A stretch of DNA of 64,000 bases from the NCBI GenBank assembly GCA_028534125.1, contig CM052832.1:11844001-11908000 (forward strand). The letters are read 5' to 3'. This DNA is from Lama glama. Taxonomy: Eukaryota. The notes under the pieces are model-generated. The model worked only from the letters and a program-made list of their open reading frames with translations, was not told the origin of the DNA and ran no database searches. Below are positions 1 through 12,072 of the stretch, piece after piece. The translations under genes were made by a program, and so were the position numbers. The first letter of the stretch is position 1, and the number at the start of each line of letters is the position of its first letter.

Positions 1-170
1 ACATGGATTTCCCCCGACTCCCCTGGCTGTATCTTTTCCTTTACTGATCCAGCTGTGAATCTTTACTGCGTTGCTGCAATATATCTCAGCCATGATTCCA
101 GCCAGCTGTATGCTGAGTCCCATGAGTCCTTGTAATGAAGTACCAAGCATGTGTGTGGTCACAGAAGTGC
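1..170 (+). mobile_element. 3' end of an LTR, MER21-like
   Basis: cctttactgatcc...atgctgagtcccatgagtccttgt resembles the MER21 LTR 3' end (recognition only). Confidence 0.55.
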
Positions 171-523
171 TGATATAAGTGGCGTCAGATTATTAGATAA
201 ATAAATGATTATTACATAATATTATTAGATAAATAAATGATAGGTAACTTTGCCTCTCCTGAAATAAACTGTAGGATCAAACTGAAGATTAAAGAGACAA
301 GTAAGGAACCATATTTAAAATGGAAGAAAGCAGATAAAGTATCTGGTGGTGGACAGCATTAATTTCACAGAAACTTCAAAAAAAATCTACTAAATCTCGT
401 AAGTCAATCATTTCTAAAGAGAAAAATGTGTACTAAATGGCCTCACTTCTGAAGTGTTGCTGTCTTTTCTACTCAGATACACATCTTAAAAGTATAAGCT
501 TTTTCTCCACTTTTGAGACCTAC

Positions 524-677
524 CTCCCCTGAAGACAGGAGGTTGTTGAGATATTCTAGAAACGCTTCATCTTTTATTTCATTGTCAGTAAAAATAAAGG
601 TGATGCCTTTGCCATCAGCACCAGCAACTTTGTACAAACCTTTTAAATCCTCTGTTAGATTATTCACATTATAGGAC
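524..677 (-). CDS. DNAH8: DNAH8 exon in AAA4 ([R][51 protein letters not shown])
   Basis: ttttag acceptor, GAG|gtaggt donor, 154 nt; dynein AAA4 motif [25 protein letters not shown]. Confidence 0.92.
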
Positions 678-1340
678 CTAAAAAGAGAAGTGGTAGGAAA
701 TTTTAAATTAAATATATATATAATCAAAATTTATCTCAAAACACAATCCATGGTAATTAGAGCATAATCTGCACCTGCTCCAATAGATACTAAGTAACAG
801 TGCCTGCTAGGAAACACAGAGCTAAATAGCTATATGTTAGCACACAAAATAAATGTATTTAGCTTGAAAAGTGAGAAACGGGGAATTTACCAGAAGTGAC
901 TCGAAGAATAACTGGGAACAGGAAAATGAACTTTTATTCCCTACAATCTGACGGTCCTTAGCACCAGATTTTTTTTTTTTTGCCCAAGTGAATATATGTA
1001 TAGTATTTAAAACTAGTCTGAAATTTGGATGAGCTTGGATTAGTAAGAAAGTAGAAATTAAATTATAAATAAAATCAGTGGTAAATTATAGATAGTGGTA
1101 ATTTGCACATCTCACTAAGTGGCTAGATTCAGAGAAAGCTATCAGAAAAAGCTGCATTATGCAATGTGACATAAATAATAGAAATGTTATAATTATGTGG
1201 TTACAGAGTATGGAAAGAGAAGATCTTGATCTTCGTTTTCTGTTTATTCTGTTTCCTACTAAATGTATGTGCTATCAGAAGCAATGTGATGTGTAAAAAT
1301 AAAACAGACTTTTTCTGAAGTATTGTATATAAATCCCCAT

Positions 1341-1840
1341 NNNNNNNNNNNNNNNNNNNNNNNNNNNNNNNNNNNNNNNNNNNNNNNNNNNNNNNNNNNN
1401 NNNNNNNNNNNNNNNNNNNNNNNNNNNNNNNNNNNNNNNNNNNNNNNNNNNNNNNNNNNNNNNNNNNNNNNNNNNNNNNNNNNNNNNNNNNNNNNNNNNN
1501 NNNNNNNNNNNNNNNNNNNNNNNNNNNNNNNNNNNNNNNNNNNNNNNNNNNNNNNNNNNNNNNNNNNNNNNNNNNNNNNNNNNNNNNNNNNNNNNNNNNN
1601 NNNNNNNNNNNNNNNNNNNNNNNNNNNNNNNNNNNNNNNNNNNNNNNNNNNNNNNNNNNNNNNNNNNNNNNNNNNNNNNNNNNNNNNNNNNNNNNNNNNN
1701 NNNNNNNNNNNNNNNNNNNNNNNNNNNNNNNNNNNNNNNNNNNNNNNNNNNNNNNNNNNNNNNNNNNNNNNNNNNNNNNNNNNNNNNNNNNNNNNNNNNN
1801 NNNNNNNNNNNNNNNNNNNNNNNNNNNNNNNNNNNNNNNN
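1341..1840. other. Assembly gap (exactly 500 N)
   Basis: Run of N. Confidence 1.
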
Positions 1841-3156
1841 AGAAGTGAAATTTTAAGCAAGTTTAGATAAAAAATGAACATTGTAGTGGGCAAATTTATT
1901 TGAGAAAACTGCTTTTTAAAACAATTTAAAGAGTAATACATATATATTGAATGAGTATATACTGAATGAATAACATATAGAGGATAAATATATATTAATT
2001 CCTCTTTAAAGAAATTCTCCTATAAAACTGAAATTTGCCCACTACAATGTTAAGATTTTTATCTGAAAATCTGTGTGTGTGTATTTGTGTGTATACATTA
2101 AAGAAAGTTCTGAAAGTCTGTGAACTTTGCTACTATATCACTGCTGCTTTGAATTTGCTTTTCAAGTTTTCTGCCTTTAATGTTATATATACACAGGGTG
2201 ATCATTTTTTCCTGGGAGAGCAAAAATGTGTTGGTTTAGCCTAAGGAGCTATTTTTCTCAGCATATCAAATAAAGTATTTTATAAAGCTTCATCACAAAG
2301 GTAATAATGCTAATAAGAATATTTAAGTTTGCCAAGGACATTATACAATCTAAAAACAATATTAAAATATTATCTCCAGTGAAGGTTGACTTGATATCTG
2401 TACTTGCATCATTTGAATAAAATAATTTCACATCATTTCAGCTGTCTCTGCTATGTGTGCAGTAGTTCTGGATTTGGAGTTCTGGTTAGGAAGAGCAGTT
2501 GGGGAAGTGAAAACTGCCTATATTTTCCTTGGATATCTCTTGCCTTCTGTCCCACACTATCTCTGACAAATCACTACTTTTCATTTATCTTCAAAATGTA
2601 ATGAAACTGTTGGCTCTTCATCGTCTATGTCAGTGTTAATAATACCTGGCACGTGACAACGCACTTCTAAGGGCCACAAGACAGGAGAGCTGTTCAAGAG
2701 AACACGTGCTCCAAGCCTCTCCAAGGTCTTCTCTCTTTAAAAAGTTAGTTGCGTGAGAAGGCCTCCTTTAACAGATTAAGCCAATTTTTAATTACTTGAA
2801 AGGAAAATAAGTAACAGGTAGGATGGGTGTCATTTCATGAAAAGACATGCTTCATTCCTTTTATATATGTCCATATCTATATCTGTATCTATTTATAACT
2901 ACCTATGTGTGGATATAATTTTTTTACACATAAATATAGGTATTTTATATTGAAGATGAAATTTCCTGTTAGTGGTTTCAGTCTCAGTGTACATCCTCAA
3001 TGCTGGGAGAACAACAGCAAATCCTCTTCTGGGAGATGGGACAGGCTGGCCTCCCTAACCTCAACAAAGCTACAACAGCCACCACATCATGAGGCCAACT
3101 GCCTCCTGAGTAGCCTTCCCCCTTATTTTCATTATTTAAAAGTTGTGCATTCTCAC

Positions 3157-3318
3157 CTGTGCTGGAAAGTGACTGAGGAAAGGCAAGAGTTGAAATCCCG
3201 AATCACTGATTTGATAGAACGCAGATCTAATTATATTATGTAAAGAGGACATCTGCATTTTCAACAGTTCCAGAAGCCAAATCTCCACAGGACCTTTGGC
3301 CATAACAGGATTATCCAA
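3157..3318 (-). CDS. DNAH8: DNAH8 exon (LDNPVMAKGPVEIWLLELLKMQMSSLHNIIR...SHFPAQ)
   Basis: tttcag acceptor, CAG|gtgaga donor, 162 nt, ends phase 0. Confidence 0.93.
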
Positions 3319-3665
3319 CTGAAAAATACATTACAAATGTATTACAAATGGATAGTAATTTGGCATCGTGGGGCCTCAACAGAAACAATTTTACACAACA
3401 TTATTTAAAAACATGAGCAAAATCAACTAATACTATAGGTGGAAGGAAGTATAAAGATCATCTGGTCTAGAACTTTCACTGTATAGATGATAAAATCAGT
3501 CTCAGAGAAGTTAGATGAGTTATCCAAATTAGTCTGTAACAAAGCCACGACTACAGAACTAGAACCCAACTCCACCCTCTCCTCTTTTTCATGAGTACTG
3601 CATTCTCCTCAACTGAAATTTTTTTTTAAAATCCTAATAACAGAATTTTAACCAAGTTAAATTAC

Positions 3666-3770
3666 AATGATTTTTTCTCCTTCTCTTGATATGACGGCCA
3701 TGATACGATCGTAGTCTTTTGCATGAAATGTCACCTCATTTATGTTGTCTGATACTGCGGGGAGATGTGG
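3666..3770 (-). CDS. DNAH8: DNAH8 exon (PHLPAVSDNINEVTFHAKDYDRIMAVISREGEKII)
   Basis: ttatag acceptor, ATT|gtaatt donor, 105 nt. Confidence 0.93.
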
Positions 3771-4374
3771 CTATAAGAAAGCACAAGACAGAGCAAGCAC
3801 ATCGTACATGAGGTTAAATGGAAAAGCCATTGAGGTGTTTTTAAAAGCCTTACTTATTTTAAATTTGTAAAAGATTAAGAATTCACTGCCTCAAAAAAAA
3901 AAAAAAAGACTCTGCTTTGACCCTTGAGTGATTTGGAGGCCCACTTTTCAAACAGAGTATTTCCTTGAAGACCTACAAAGGCCCCTCTTTACCATGGAGA
4001 CTGCCTTCCTGCCCAGAGACAGCTCAGTCCTGCCCTTCCCTCTTGGCTCTCTGTCTGCCTTACACCGTTTTTACTTCCATCTGTCTTTTCTCTTCCCCCG
4101 TCCCTCTGGAAACCAACAGAAAGATATTATTAGCTGTTTCCCAGATTCCCAAACCAGAAATGGCCCTGGTGGGGTGTTTCCATGCCTCCCATACCTCGTT
4201 CTTTGTAGCTTTTCTCTCCTTCCTAGAAGTATACTGACCTTGGAAATAGCTAAAAGCATTTGAGAAGCATTCTGGACATAAAAAAAAAAAAAAAAAAAGG
4301 ACAAATCCAAATCACAATCCCTATTTGATCTAAGAATATTTAGACTGAAATACTCATAGTAATGAGTTATATTT

Positions 4375-4580
4375 AGTGAGCACATACTGTGTGTCAGGCA
4401 CTTTCCAGTGCATTATCTTGCATCATCCTTGTAACAATCCTATGCAGTGAGAAAAATTAAGATCCTGATTTTTTTACAGGCAAGGAAACTGAGGCCCAGG
4501 AAAATCAAGAGGCTAGCCAAGGTCACCCAGCTGGTGAGTTGCATGATCAGTGACTCTTGCCTCAGGTTGATGGGCTCCAA
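4375..4580 (-). mobile_element. MIR SINE
   Basis: Core ttacaggcaaggaaactgaggcccagg...gccaaggtcacccagctggtgagt. Confidence 0.75.
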
Positions 4581-4731
4581 ATATAAAGAAAATTATAGAC
4601 ATTTTAAAACCAACATAATTAATACTCTTCTTTCCTGACTGCACTTGCAATATGTTAACTTCATTTTTATTTTTTATTACAATAGACTGTGGCAAAAAAG
4701 GATTGAGGTAACAGATATTTGGACTATATAC

Positions 4732-4834
4732 CTGTATGGTATGGGAATCACTGGCTTGTCCGAGAATTTCCAAGAGAACTGGATCAGATACAAAGAAGAA
4801 TCTTGGAAATAGTAATCGCTTCTTCTCTAAATAC
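4732..4834 (-). CDS. DNAH8: DNAH8 exon ([34 protein letters not shown])
   Basis: tttaag acceptor, CAG|gtatat donor, 103 nt; conserved dynein linker motif FPRFFF. Confidence 0.95.
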
Positions 4835-5142
4835 CTTAAAATATTAAAGTCATGTTACCAAAATATTTTTTTCTGGATTATTAATTTTGGTTTTTTTTTA
4901 AAAGCCGAGATACAATCACTAACATCTTCAATAAGACAGTAGCAAACATCTATAGTTATTTCCCATTTGCGTCTGAAATGTTTATAACCAAAGTCCTGTT
5001 CCACCAGGGATGGCACTTAGGAAAACAGGTGGAAATAAGAAAGTGATTCAGAGCAAGTCTGCCCCATTGTCTGTTGTCTTCTTTCTCATCAAGAGCCCTC
5101 CTGTGAACTTTCTGGGAGTATTGTGAACCTCACGGCTTAAAT

Positions 5143-5269
5143 CTAGGGTGAACACATAATTTATCTCCAAACCAGGATATTTTGAGACTGAAGTGAGGAA
5201 GGAAACAACCAACCATTAAGCCAGGACAGAGCCATAAACTTGGACAAACCAGAATATATTGTTACCCTA
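5143..5269. mobile_element. hAT-Blackjack non-autonomous element (MER81/MER94-like)
   Basis: Terminal inverted repeats tagggtgaac...gttacccta; a related copy lies in the opposite orientation at about 30560-30690. Confidence 0.6.
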
Positions 5270-5366
5270 TTTCAAATAGAAATGGAGAATGAACTACCTT
5301 TTAAGACAATTACCTGTGACTCTGTCTGGCTAATTCTTCTCTGAGTGCACATATCTACTCTATGCC

Positions 5367-5794
5367 TGTAGTGTATTGAATGGTAGCCCCCCAAAAGGTA
5401 TGTCCACGTCTTATTCCCTGGAATCTGTGAACGTGGCCTTATTTGGGAGAAGGGTCTTTGCAGATGTACTGAAGTTAAGGATCTTAAAAAGAGAAGAGAT
5501 AATCTTGCATTACCAGATAAACCCTAAATCCAATAACAAGTGTCCTCATAAGAAACACACAGGAAAAAGAGAAGGATGTGTGAAGACAGAGATAGATACC
5601 GGAGTTATGTAGCCATAAGCCAAGGAAGTCTGAGAACCAACAGAAGCTGTAAGACGCAAGGAAGGATACTCAGAAGGTATGGACACCTTGATTTCAGAAC
5701 TCTGGCCTCCAGAACTGTGAGAAAGAAAATTTCTATTGTTTAAAGCCACCTTGTTTGTGGTAATTTGTTACAGCAGCCCTACAAAACTAATACA
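5367..5794 (+). mobile_element. MaLR solo LTR (MLT1B/C-like)
   Basis: TG...CA ends, typical MLT1 3' end (gtaatttgttacagcagccctacaaaactaataca) and a perfect 5-bp TSD ATGCC (5362-5366 / 5795-5799). Confidence 0.88.
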
Positions 5795-5993
5795 ATGCCT
5801 TAAACTCACCCAACCTCAATTGGAAGGTGCACTTTTTTTTTTTAGAAAAATTAAATTTACATGAAATGTTAAATTCCTATCACCACTTCAATCATCACTA
5901 CCAAACCAAAGAGGCAGTCAATACTGTTGATTTGTTTGGGATAAAACACCATCCCATATAAAATGATAGGTAATTTAAAAATTAAACTCTTAC

Positions 5994-6157
5994 CCTGTAA
6001 GTGACTTCTGACATAATTCTAACTGTTCGTGTAAGTGAGGTAAAAGTTGCCCCATGGTTTCATCTCCAACACAGCAACTAATCACATTGGGATTCTCGTG
6101 AGCTCGCTGCATTATCTTTATCCATGACTTGTCAATATTCTGAAAACGTTTTGCTTC
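5994..6157 (-). CDS. DNAH8: DNAH8 exon ([25 protein letters not shown]...LELCQKSLT[G])
   Basis: ttttag acceptor, GG|gtaaga donor, 164 nt. Confidence 0.94.
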
Positions 6158-7238
6158 CTAAAAACAAATCTGTAGTCAGTAAAAGTTGGCATTTGGATAA
6201 TTAAATAAAAGCAAAGTCTTTGTTTTGGAATGTCCTGCAGTTCTTCAAACCAGCCTATTAGTCTCAGGCTACATGATTTAAAGGGGCATTTTTTTTTTCA
6301 TGTGAATTAACTCTGAACAACAAAAACCCAAAGTCATAAAACTTCTTATTGAAATACTGCTTTAGCACAATAGGGTTTATTGCTCATTTGTTTCCTTACA
6401 TTTAATACATTTTTCAAAGTGCCACATGATTAACTTTCAGAGCTCTCAACTTCAATCGCAAATCTAGTCTTTCAGCACCCCAGGTGTTTTGGCTTGATGA
6501 GCATACTGAAGAAGAATGAAAATAATTTGATCTCAGGATCTTTGGAATAATGAAAGCTTAACAGTATCCCAGGAAAAAGCAAAAGCAAAAAGAGAACAGT
6601 AAAAATACAAAACAAAGCTTCATTTACATTTTTGCAAATGAAAATTTTCTGTTTACTATGGATGATATTAAGTTTTGCACTCCATTTCAAAAACGCCTTT
6701 TGAAATTGGCATAATCTTGCCTCTATTAAAACTTTAAAGAGCACTTTAAAAAAAATACAACTTTCTAATTAAAAAAGGAAAGATTTATGTTTTAAAAAAG
6801 TGTTAAAAAGGGAAATCAGCCATTTTCAAAATGCTTTTATCCTTGATTTTTAATCTATAGGGATCCCCTAGGTAAGGAAATTCAACAGTGCAGGCGTAAT
6901 TTTATAACAGGTAAGTTACCTTCATAGAATAGAGCTATTAGTTCCTGGCATTAATGTAAAAGGTCCCAAAAAAGCTGTTTTAAAAAAATTTGTCACAGGC
7001 TTCGAAGGCTAAGTTTCCTTGCCCCATGTTTCTAATCTACTATTAGTTGACTTCCTAATAGTTAATTTGTGCTTATAGAATACAGATTATTTTAAATTCT
7101 ACTCTCAGAGAAATATAAGTTTAACTCTGAGCAGAAATGACTACTATAATTTAATAGTCCCCCAGTTGAATGTACCTCATATACTCAGACAACCTGGAGA
7201 TTTGAAAATATGTGTTTCTTCTTTCTACTAATATAAAT

Positions 7239-7447
7239 CAAAGGTCAGCACTTTTCAAAAAAAATTTTTATAAAGGGCCAGACAGTAAATATTACAGGCT
7301 TTGTAGGGTCTCTGCTACAACTATTCAACTCTGCCGTTGTACTGGTAAAGCAGCCATAGACAGAACATAAACGAATGGATACGGTTGTATTCCAATAAAA
7401 TTTTATTTACAAAAACAGGTGAGTGGGCCATAGTTTGTAAACCCCTA
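7239..7447. mobile_element. hAT-Charlie MER58A-like element
   Basis: taaagggccagacagtaaatatt...ttccaataaaattttatttacaaaaacagg...gccatagtttgtaaaccccta. Confidence 0.8.
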
Positions 7448-7555
7448 GTGCAAATAATCAAGACATGACTTTATGTCTTTGTGGAGTGTTTTACAGAGAC
7501 ATACAGACAACACACACTAAACTATTCTATCCACAGTTACAAACACCATAGTTAC

Positions 7556-7709
7556 CTGAGGGAGCTGTTTGGCAATATCTCCACCTACAAAGACAGCTTC
7601 AAGATAAACCCAAAGGTTCTGGACTATTAGCCATTCTTCAATTATATCTGAGGAAGTGGACAATTTATACACCCAATTCTGGATATTTTTTTTAAATGGA
7701 GCATTATAT
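7556..7709 (-). CDS. DNAH8: DNAH8 exon ([16 protein letters not shown]...[22 protein letters not shown])
   Basis: ttttag acceptor, CAG|gtaact donor, 154 nt. Confidence 0.94.
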
Positions 7710-7949
7710 CTAAAAAGTAGGAATGGAAAAACATTACATTTTTAAAAAGATTCAGAAAATAGTATGGCTTAACAAAGTAAATTACAGGAGAAAGAGTCCT
7801 TTGACAATGAACTTTTTCCTCAAAGGCAGTTCCTATTAAATTTCATAAGTTAATGACATGTTTGCATTTTTATTAACAAAACTCTTATAATTATAGTGAT
7901 TTCAATTATTGTTTCCATGTATTAGTGATAAACTAGGAAATCTGCCAAG

Positions 7950-9400
7950 TTTCAAGCCACAGAGGTCCAGTAAAGGAACTGTGCTGGTTGCTCCTGGGAG
8001 TAAAGGGAAAACAAGGAATAAGATGGCTTTCCAAGACTTCTGTGAATCAAATCCAAGTGGGGATTGCCTGTGATAATAACATGCCGAGCACTGTTAGTTA
8101 CTGGTGTATGGAACGACTGCCACAAGGCCAGGGTTAAGCTTGAGCTCTGATGTCCACTACAGATGTGCTCTTCCCACTCATAGACTACTAATTCCACCAG
8201 AAACTGAGCCTAGATTCTGCAGTGTTAAAGATCCACAACTGCTAGCCAGAAAAGCCTAGTTCCTGCTTTTTCACCATCAGGGGTAGCTGAAGGGTTCATA
8301 AGAATTCACAGTGTCCAGAAAGTTGGGCACAACTGAAAAAGACAAAAAATAGAGTGGATGCCAGAAGGAAGTGATGGGAAGATACCGGGTAAAGACCTAA
8401 TTACCTATGGTTGGATTCAGAAGCTACTTCAGTTTGTGGCAATGGCAAGTCTCTTTGAAGTGGTGTGGTGGCATTTCCTGGTGTGGCACTTGTTGAGTAC
8501 AGTCTTAAAACATTTCTTGATCCAGGACAGGGTGATTTGAAGGTACTCACACATAGAATGGGGCTCTTCTGGGTAGAGTCTGATGCCTGCGAGTCACCTT
8601 TCATTTCTATGGAAGCCTAAGTTATATACATGGAGGTATAAAAGGGTGGTACAAAAATTGCCCCAAGGAGGTAGATGAGTTGTTCAGGCAGCAAGAGGCA
8701 TTTTTCTTAACACCCAATTTATACTGTCCATCTGGCCATTAGTCTACTGCTAAAAGGCAGTCAGTATGCCAAAAGCACCTTCGGAATCAATACATGCACA
8801 CCAAGATGATATGGATGGGTATTTTAGGAAGTTGAAGCACCTAATATTTGGAGCCAAAAATAGGATTATTCACATTCCCTGAAGCAGAGGATGCACCCTA
8901 AGAGTTTAACCCCAGCAACTTCAACCCAGAACTCCCAGAACTAGAAGCTTTCTAAGTTAGTACATTACTCAAATACAAGACTGCTTCTGGGCCAGAGATC
9001 ATGCAGGATATCATTCATTAAACAAGAATCCCAACCTGGAGATAGGGTATTAGAATCCCCATGCACCCTGGACACTGACTTCTTTTAGTGACCTCTGAAA
9101 TAATGTGATATATTTCTAGATGTGTTAGGGTGAAGATCAGTTAAGAATTACTGGATGGTCAGGTAGGGGATTAGAGGTTGTTAATGCCCAGACCAAGACA
9201 GAACAGTATATTTAATCTGACTGAGTCCCACTTCCTAAAGCTGCACTTGAGATCACAATCACTTTAGAGCTGGTTCAGTAGTCCAGTGATGGACAGGTTG
9301 CCTCATTTAGGCTGCAATGAATCCAGCACAGGTGTAGCCACTTTTCACCATAAAAAATACAAGGGTGTAAGTGTCAAGTCTTTAACGGTTATGTTTCTTC
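7950..9400 (-). mobile_element. Highly decayed Ty3/Gypsy pol remnant (RT-RNaseH-integrase)
   Basis: Collinear minus-strand motifs: VFFMVK 9343-9360, LHLCWIHCSLNEAT 9296-9337, LMNDILHDL 8995-9021, AVLYLSNVLT 8955-8984, DSQASDSTQKSPIL 8554-8595, KCHHTTSKRLAI 8441-8476, QCSAC..SPLG..SWKAI 8022-8093. Confidence 0.7.
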
Positions 9401-9804
9401 AAATGTTGCCAGCATACTGTTCCTGTGCCATTGGGTGAACACTTGAGCAGGTTCAGTCAAGGAGGGCAATGATGAAAAATCAGAGAATGAAAGAGAAAGA
9501 AGACAAAATGAAGTGGTCATCTTGGTGGGGAGTCATGATGTTCAGGAGATGAGCTGACAATCTGGGGGAGAATAATTATGTTGAGGCCCACCAAGAAAAA
9601 TAGAAAGGGGAGGCAAGTATAATAAAAGAAGAGATGGAGGCATGATTATTAGGGAAAACAGGTAGTTCATGTAAGGTCAGACAAGAGTCGGCACTCTAGG
9701 TCAGAATCTAGTGTTGTTTCACAGCTACAAAACTGGGCTTTTATTCAAAATTATACACCTCTAAATACCAAATCAAAATCTTCCCCTGCAAATTATAAAA
9801 TTAC

Positions 9805-10004
9805 CTGTTGCTTAGTAAGGAACCTAAGACCATTAAACTATCCTCCATTAAGGTGATAATTTCTCCTGATTCAGTTCCTTTGAGCAGGAGCTCTCCCTTT
9901 CCCTTAAATGCTGCAAAACTCAGGTTCTGGTTGGTCCAGTTCTCAATCACCTGAGTCAGCTTGGCTTCAATATCCTTCTCCTTAGTGGCAGATATGCAGA
10001 TATC
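9805..10004 (-). CDS. DNAH8: DNAH8 exon ([23 protein letters not shown]...[10 protein letters not shown][R])
   Basis: ctcaag acceptor, AG|gtaatt donor, 200 nt. Confidence 0.93.
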
Positions 10005-10324
10005 CTTGAGAGGGAAATCAAAGAATATGTCATGATGTTTTTTAATTACAAATTAAGTGCATTGTAAAACCATATAATATTTTTAGCTTGGCCCTAGAAG
10101 TCAACGAGTCATTTCACAGCCAAGAAAACTGAGGCTCAAGATCACTGTGTTGCAAGAATCTTTGATATGAAAGTCTCACAAGGCAAATAAAGTAAATTAT
10201 CTTCCCCAACATGTCTCAATTCATTTTCATATTTAACATCACAGAATCTCAGAGATGGGAAGGAATATAAAGGTTCAAGAAATTTTCACAAGTGATTATA
10301 ATACAAATTAGGGAGTAATAAGTG

Positions 10325-11090
10325 CACATTATCATTGGGAATGTAAATTGGTGTGGCCACTATGGAAGACAGTATGGAGGCTCCCCCCAAAATTACAAAT
10401 TGAACTACCATCTTATCCTTAATTCCACTTCTGGGTATTTATCTGAAGAAAGCAAAAATGCTAACTCTAAAAGATTTATGCATCCCCATGTTCACTGCAG
10501 CATTATTTACAATAGTGAAGGCATGGAAACAACCTAAGTGCCCATTAGTGGGTGAATGGATAAGGAAAATGTGGTATATTTATACATAATGGAACATTAT
10601 TTAGCCATAAAAAGAAGGAAATCCTGCCATTTGTGACAACATGGATGGACAGACTTTGAGTGCTAAGTGAAATGAGTCAGACAGAAAAAGGCAAATGCCA
10701 TATGATCCCATTTATACGTAGAACCTAAACAAAAACAAAAAACCAGAAACACAGCTATTTAGGACACCCAAAGGCAGGGTGCAGAGTGGGTGAAACAGAT
10801 GAAGGTGATCAAAGAGTACAAGCATCCAGTTATAAAATAAGTAAGTCCTGGGGATGTAATGTACAGCATGGTGACTATAGTTAATGATACTGCATTGCAT
10901 TTGAAAGTTGCTAAGAGAGTTGATCCTAAAATTTCTCATCATAGGAAAAAAATCTGTAAGTATGTGTGATGATAAATGTTAACCAGACATATTTTTGTGA
11001 TCATTCTACAATATATATATATATCAAGTCATTATGCTGTGCATCTGAAACTAATACATTATAAGTCAGCTATATCTCATTAAAAAAGAG
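10325..11090 (+). mobile_element. L1 3' end (L1MA9/10-like)
   Basis: gggaatgtaaattggtg...cccatgttcactgcagcattatttacaatag...ttgaaagttgctaagagag; A-rich end. Confidence 0.85.
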
Positions 11091-11530
11091 ATCTCATGCA
11101 AACATTAAGCATAAAAAAAGAACCAATTAAACGTCTTGGAAAAGAAAAATATAATAATTTAAAATATTTAATAGACTAATAGTAAAAAAAAGTGTAGAAT
11201 TAGAAATCTGAAAAATGTTCTGAGGAACTCACCAAGAACACAATACAGAAATAAACAGAATTTTTTAAATGGAGGTATAGTTAAGGGACAAGGAGGATAC
11301 ACTGACAAGCTGCAAAACTAAAATATTTCAAATAATTATCTCATCTCCTTGAGATACAGCATTATTTTGCAAAACCAAGTAATGTTCAGGATCATTCCAA
11401 ATTTTGAGGGTGTGTTATATAGCACAACTAATACATCCTTGAATAGAACATTTATTCATACAATTTTCAGAAAAGAAGAGGGAGACATTCTTTAAATAGG
11501 CCATTTGTAAGACCTTATAATCTGATGTAC

Positions 11531-11771
11531 CTCAATGTCATCCTTGTTTTTAAGGAGTGGTGCTTCCATAATATTTCTAAGACAAAAAGAATCAGATTCC
11601 ACATCAAATGGGGTTCCAGTTAACTCAGAGATTCGATCCCAGTGTCTCTGTTTCATTGCCTTATTGGTCATCATTTCTAGTAGAGGACACGACTCACTGA
11701 AATCATCAATTCTTTTTTTCAGATCCAGAAAAGCTTGCCAATCTTTAAGTCCTTTTGGCAGTTTACGACAT
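11531..11771 (-). CDS. DNAH8: DNAH8 exon ([14 protein letters not shown]...[16 protein letters not shown]...KDDIE)
   Basis: gaaag acceptor after a 163-nt intron, GAG|gtacat donor, 241 nt. Confidence 0.94.
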
Positions 11772-11934
11772 CTTTCAGAAAAAAAGAAAAAATTATTTCA
11801 TTTACACATAGTTTGAAGAAGGTATTATGAATATACAGCATTATATCAGAAGATAAATTCTTTTATGAAATACCTATAGGATCCTAGGAAGATAGGCACT
11901 ATAAAAAGGTACATTTAATTCAGTTGAAACTCAC

Positions 11935-12072
11935 CTATTCTGAAATTCCTGCAGTTCTGCATTAATTTTTTCAATGTCTACATCTCCCCAAAGTATTTCA
12001 TAATAACCACTAATATTGCCCATTACAGTGTCATACAGTCCATACAGCTTCTGCAGCAAGTTGAGTTCCTTT
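11935..12072 (-). CDS. DNAH8: DNAH8 exon ([45 protein letters not shown][R]), start of DHC_N2
   Basis: cccag acceptor, AG|gtgagt donor, 138 nt. Confidence 0.93.

Noticed and set aside
189..241. 21-bp direct repeat attattagataaataaatgat (189-209, 221-241)
   Set aside because: Two AT-rich units only, a simple slippage duplication. It is not a CRISPR-like array, and the DNA is eukaryotic.
1201..1941. Long ORFs (177-246 aa) at 1201-1941 and 31928-32563
   Set aside because: Artefacts of translating through N runs.
8765..8800. Minus-strand ACIDSEGAFG read as a non-LTR (LINE) RT motif
   Set aside because: The surrounding collinear motifs fit Gypsy RT-RH-IN better; this single match is probably chance.
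11535..11816. Plus-strand ORFs overlapping exons (e.g. 11535-11816, 26843-27055, 43318-43512, 61974-62180)
   Set aside because: Antisense shadows of DNAH8 coding exons with no independent evidence.
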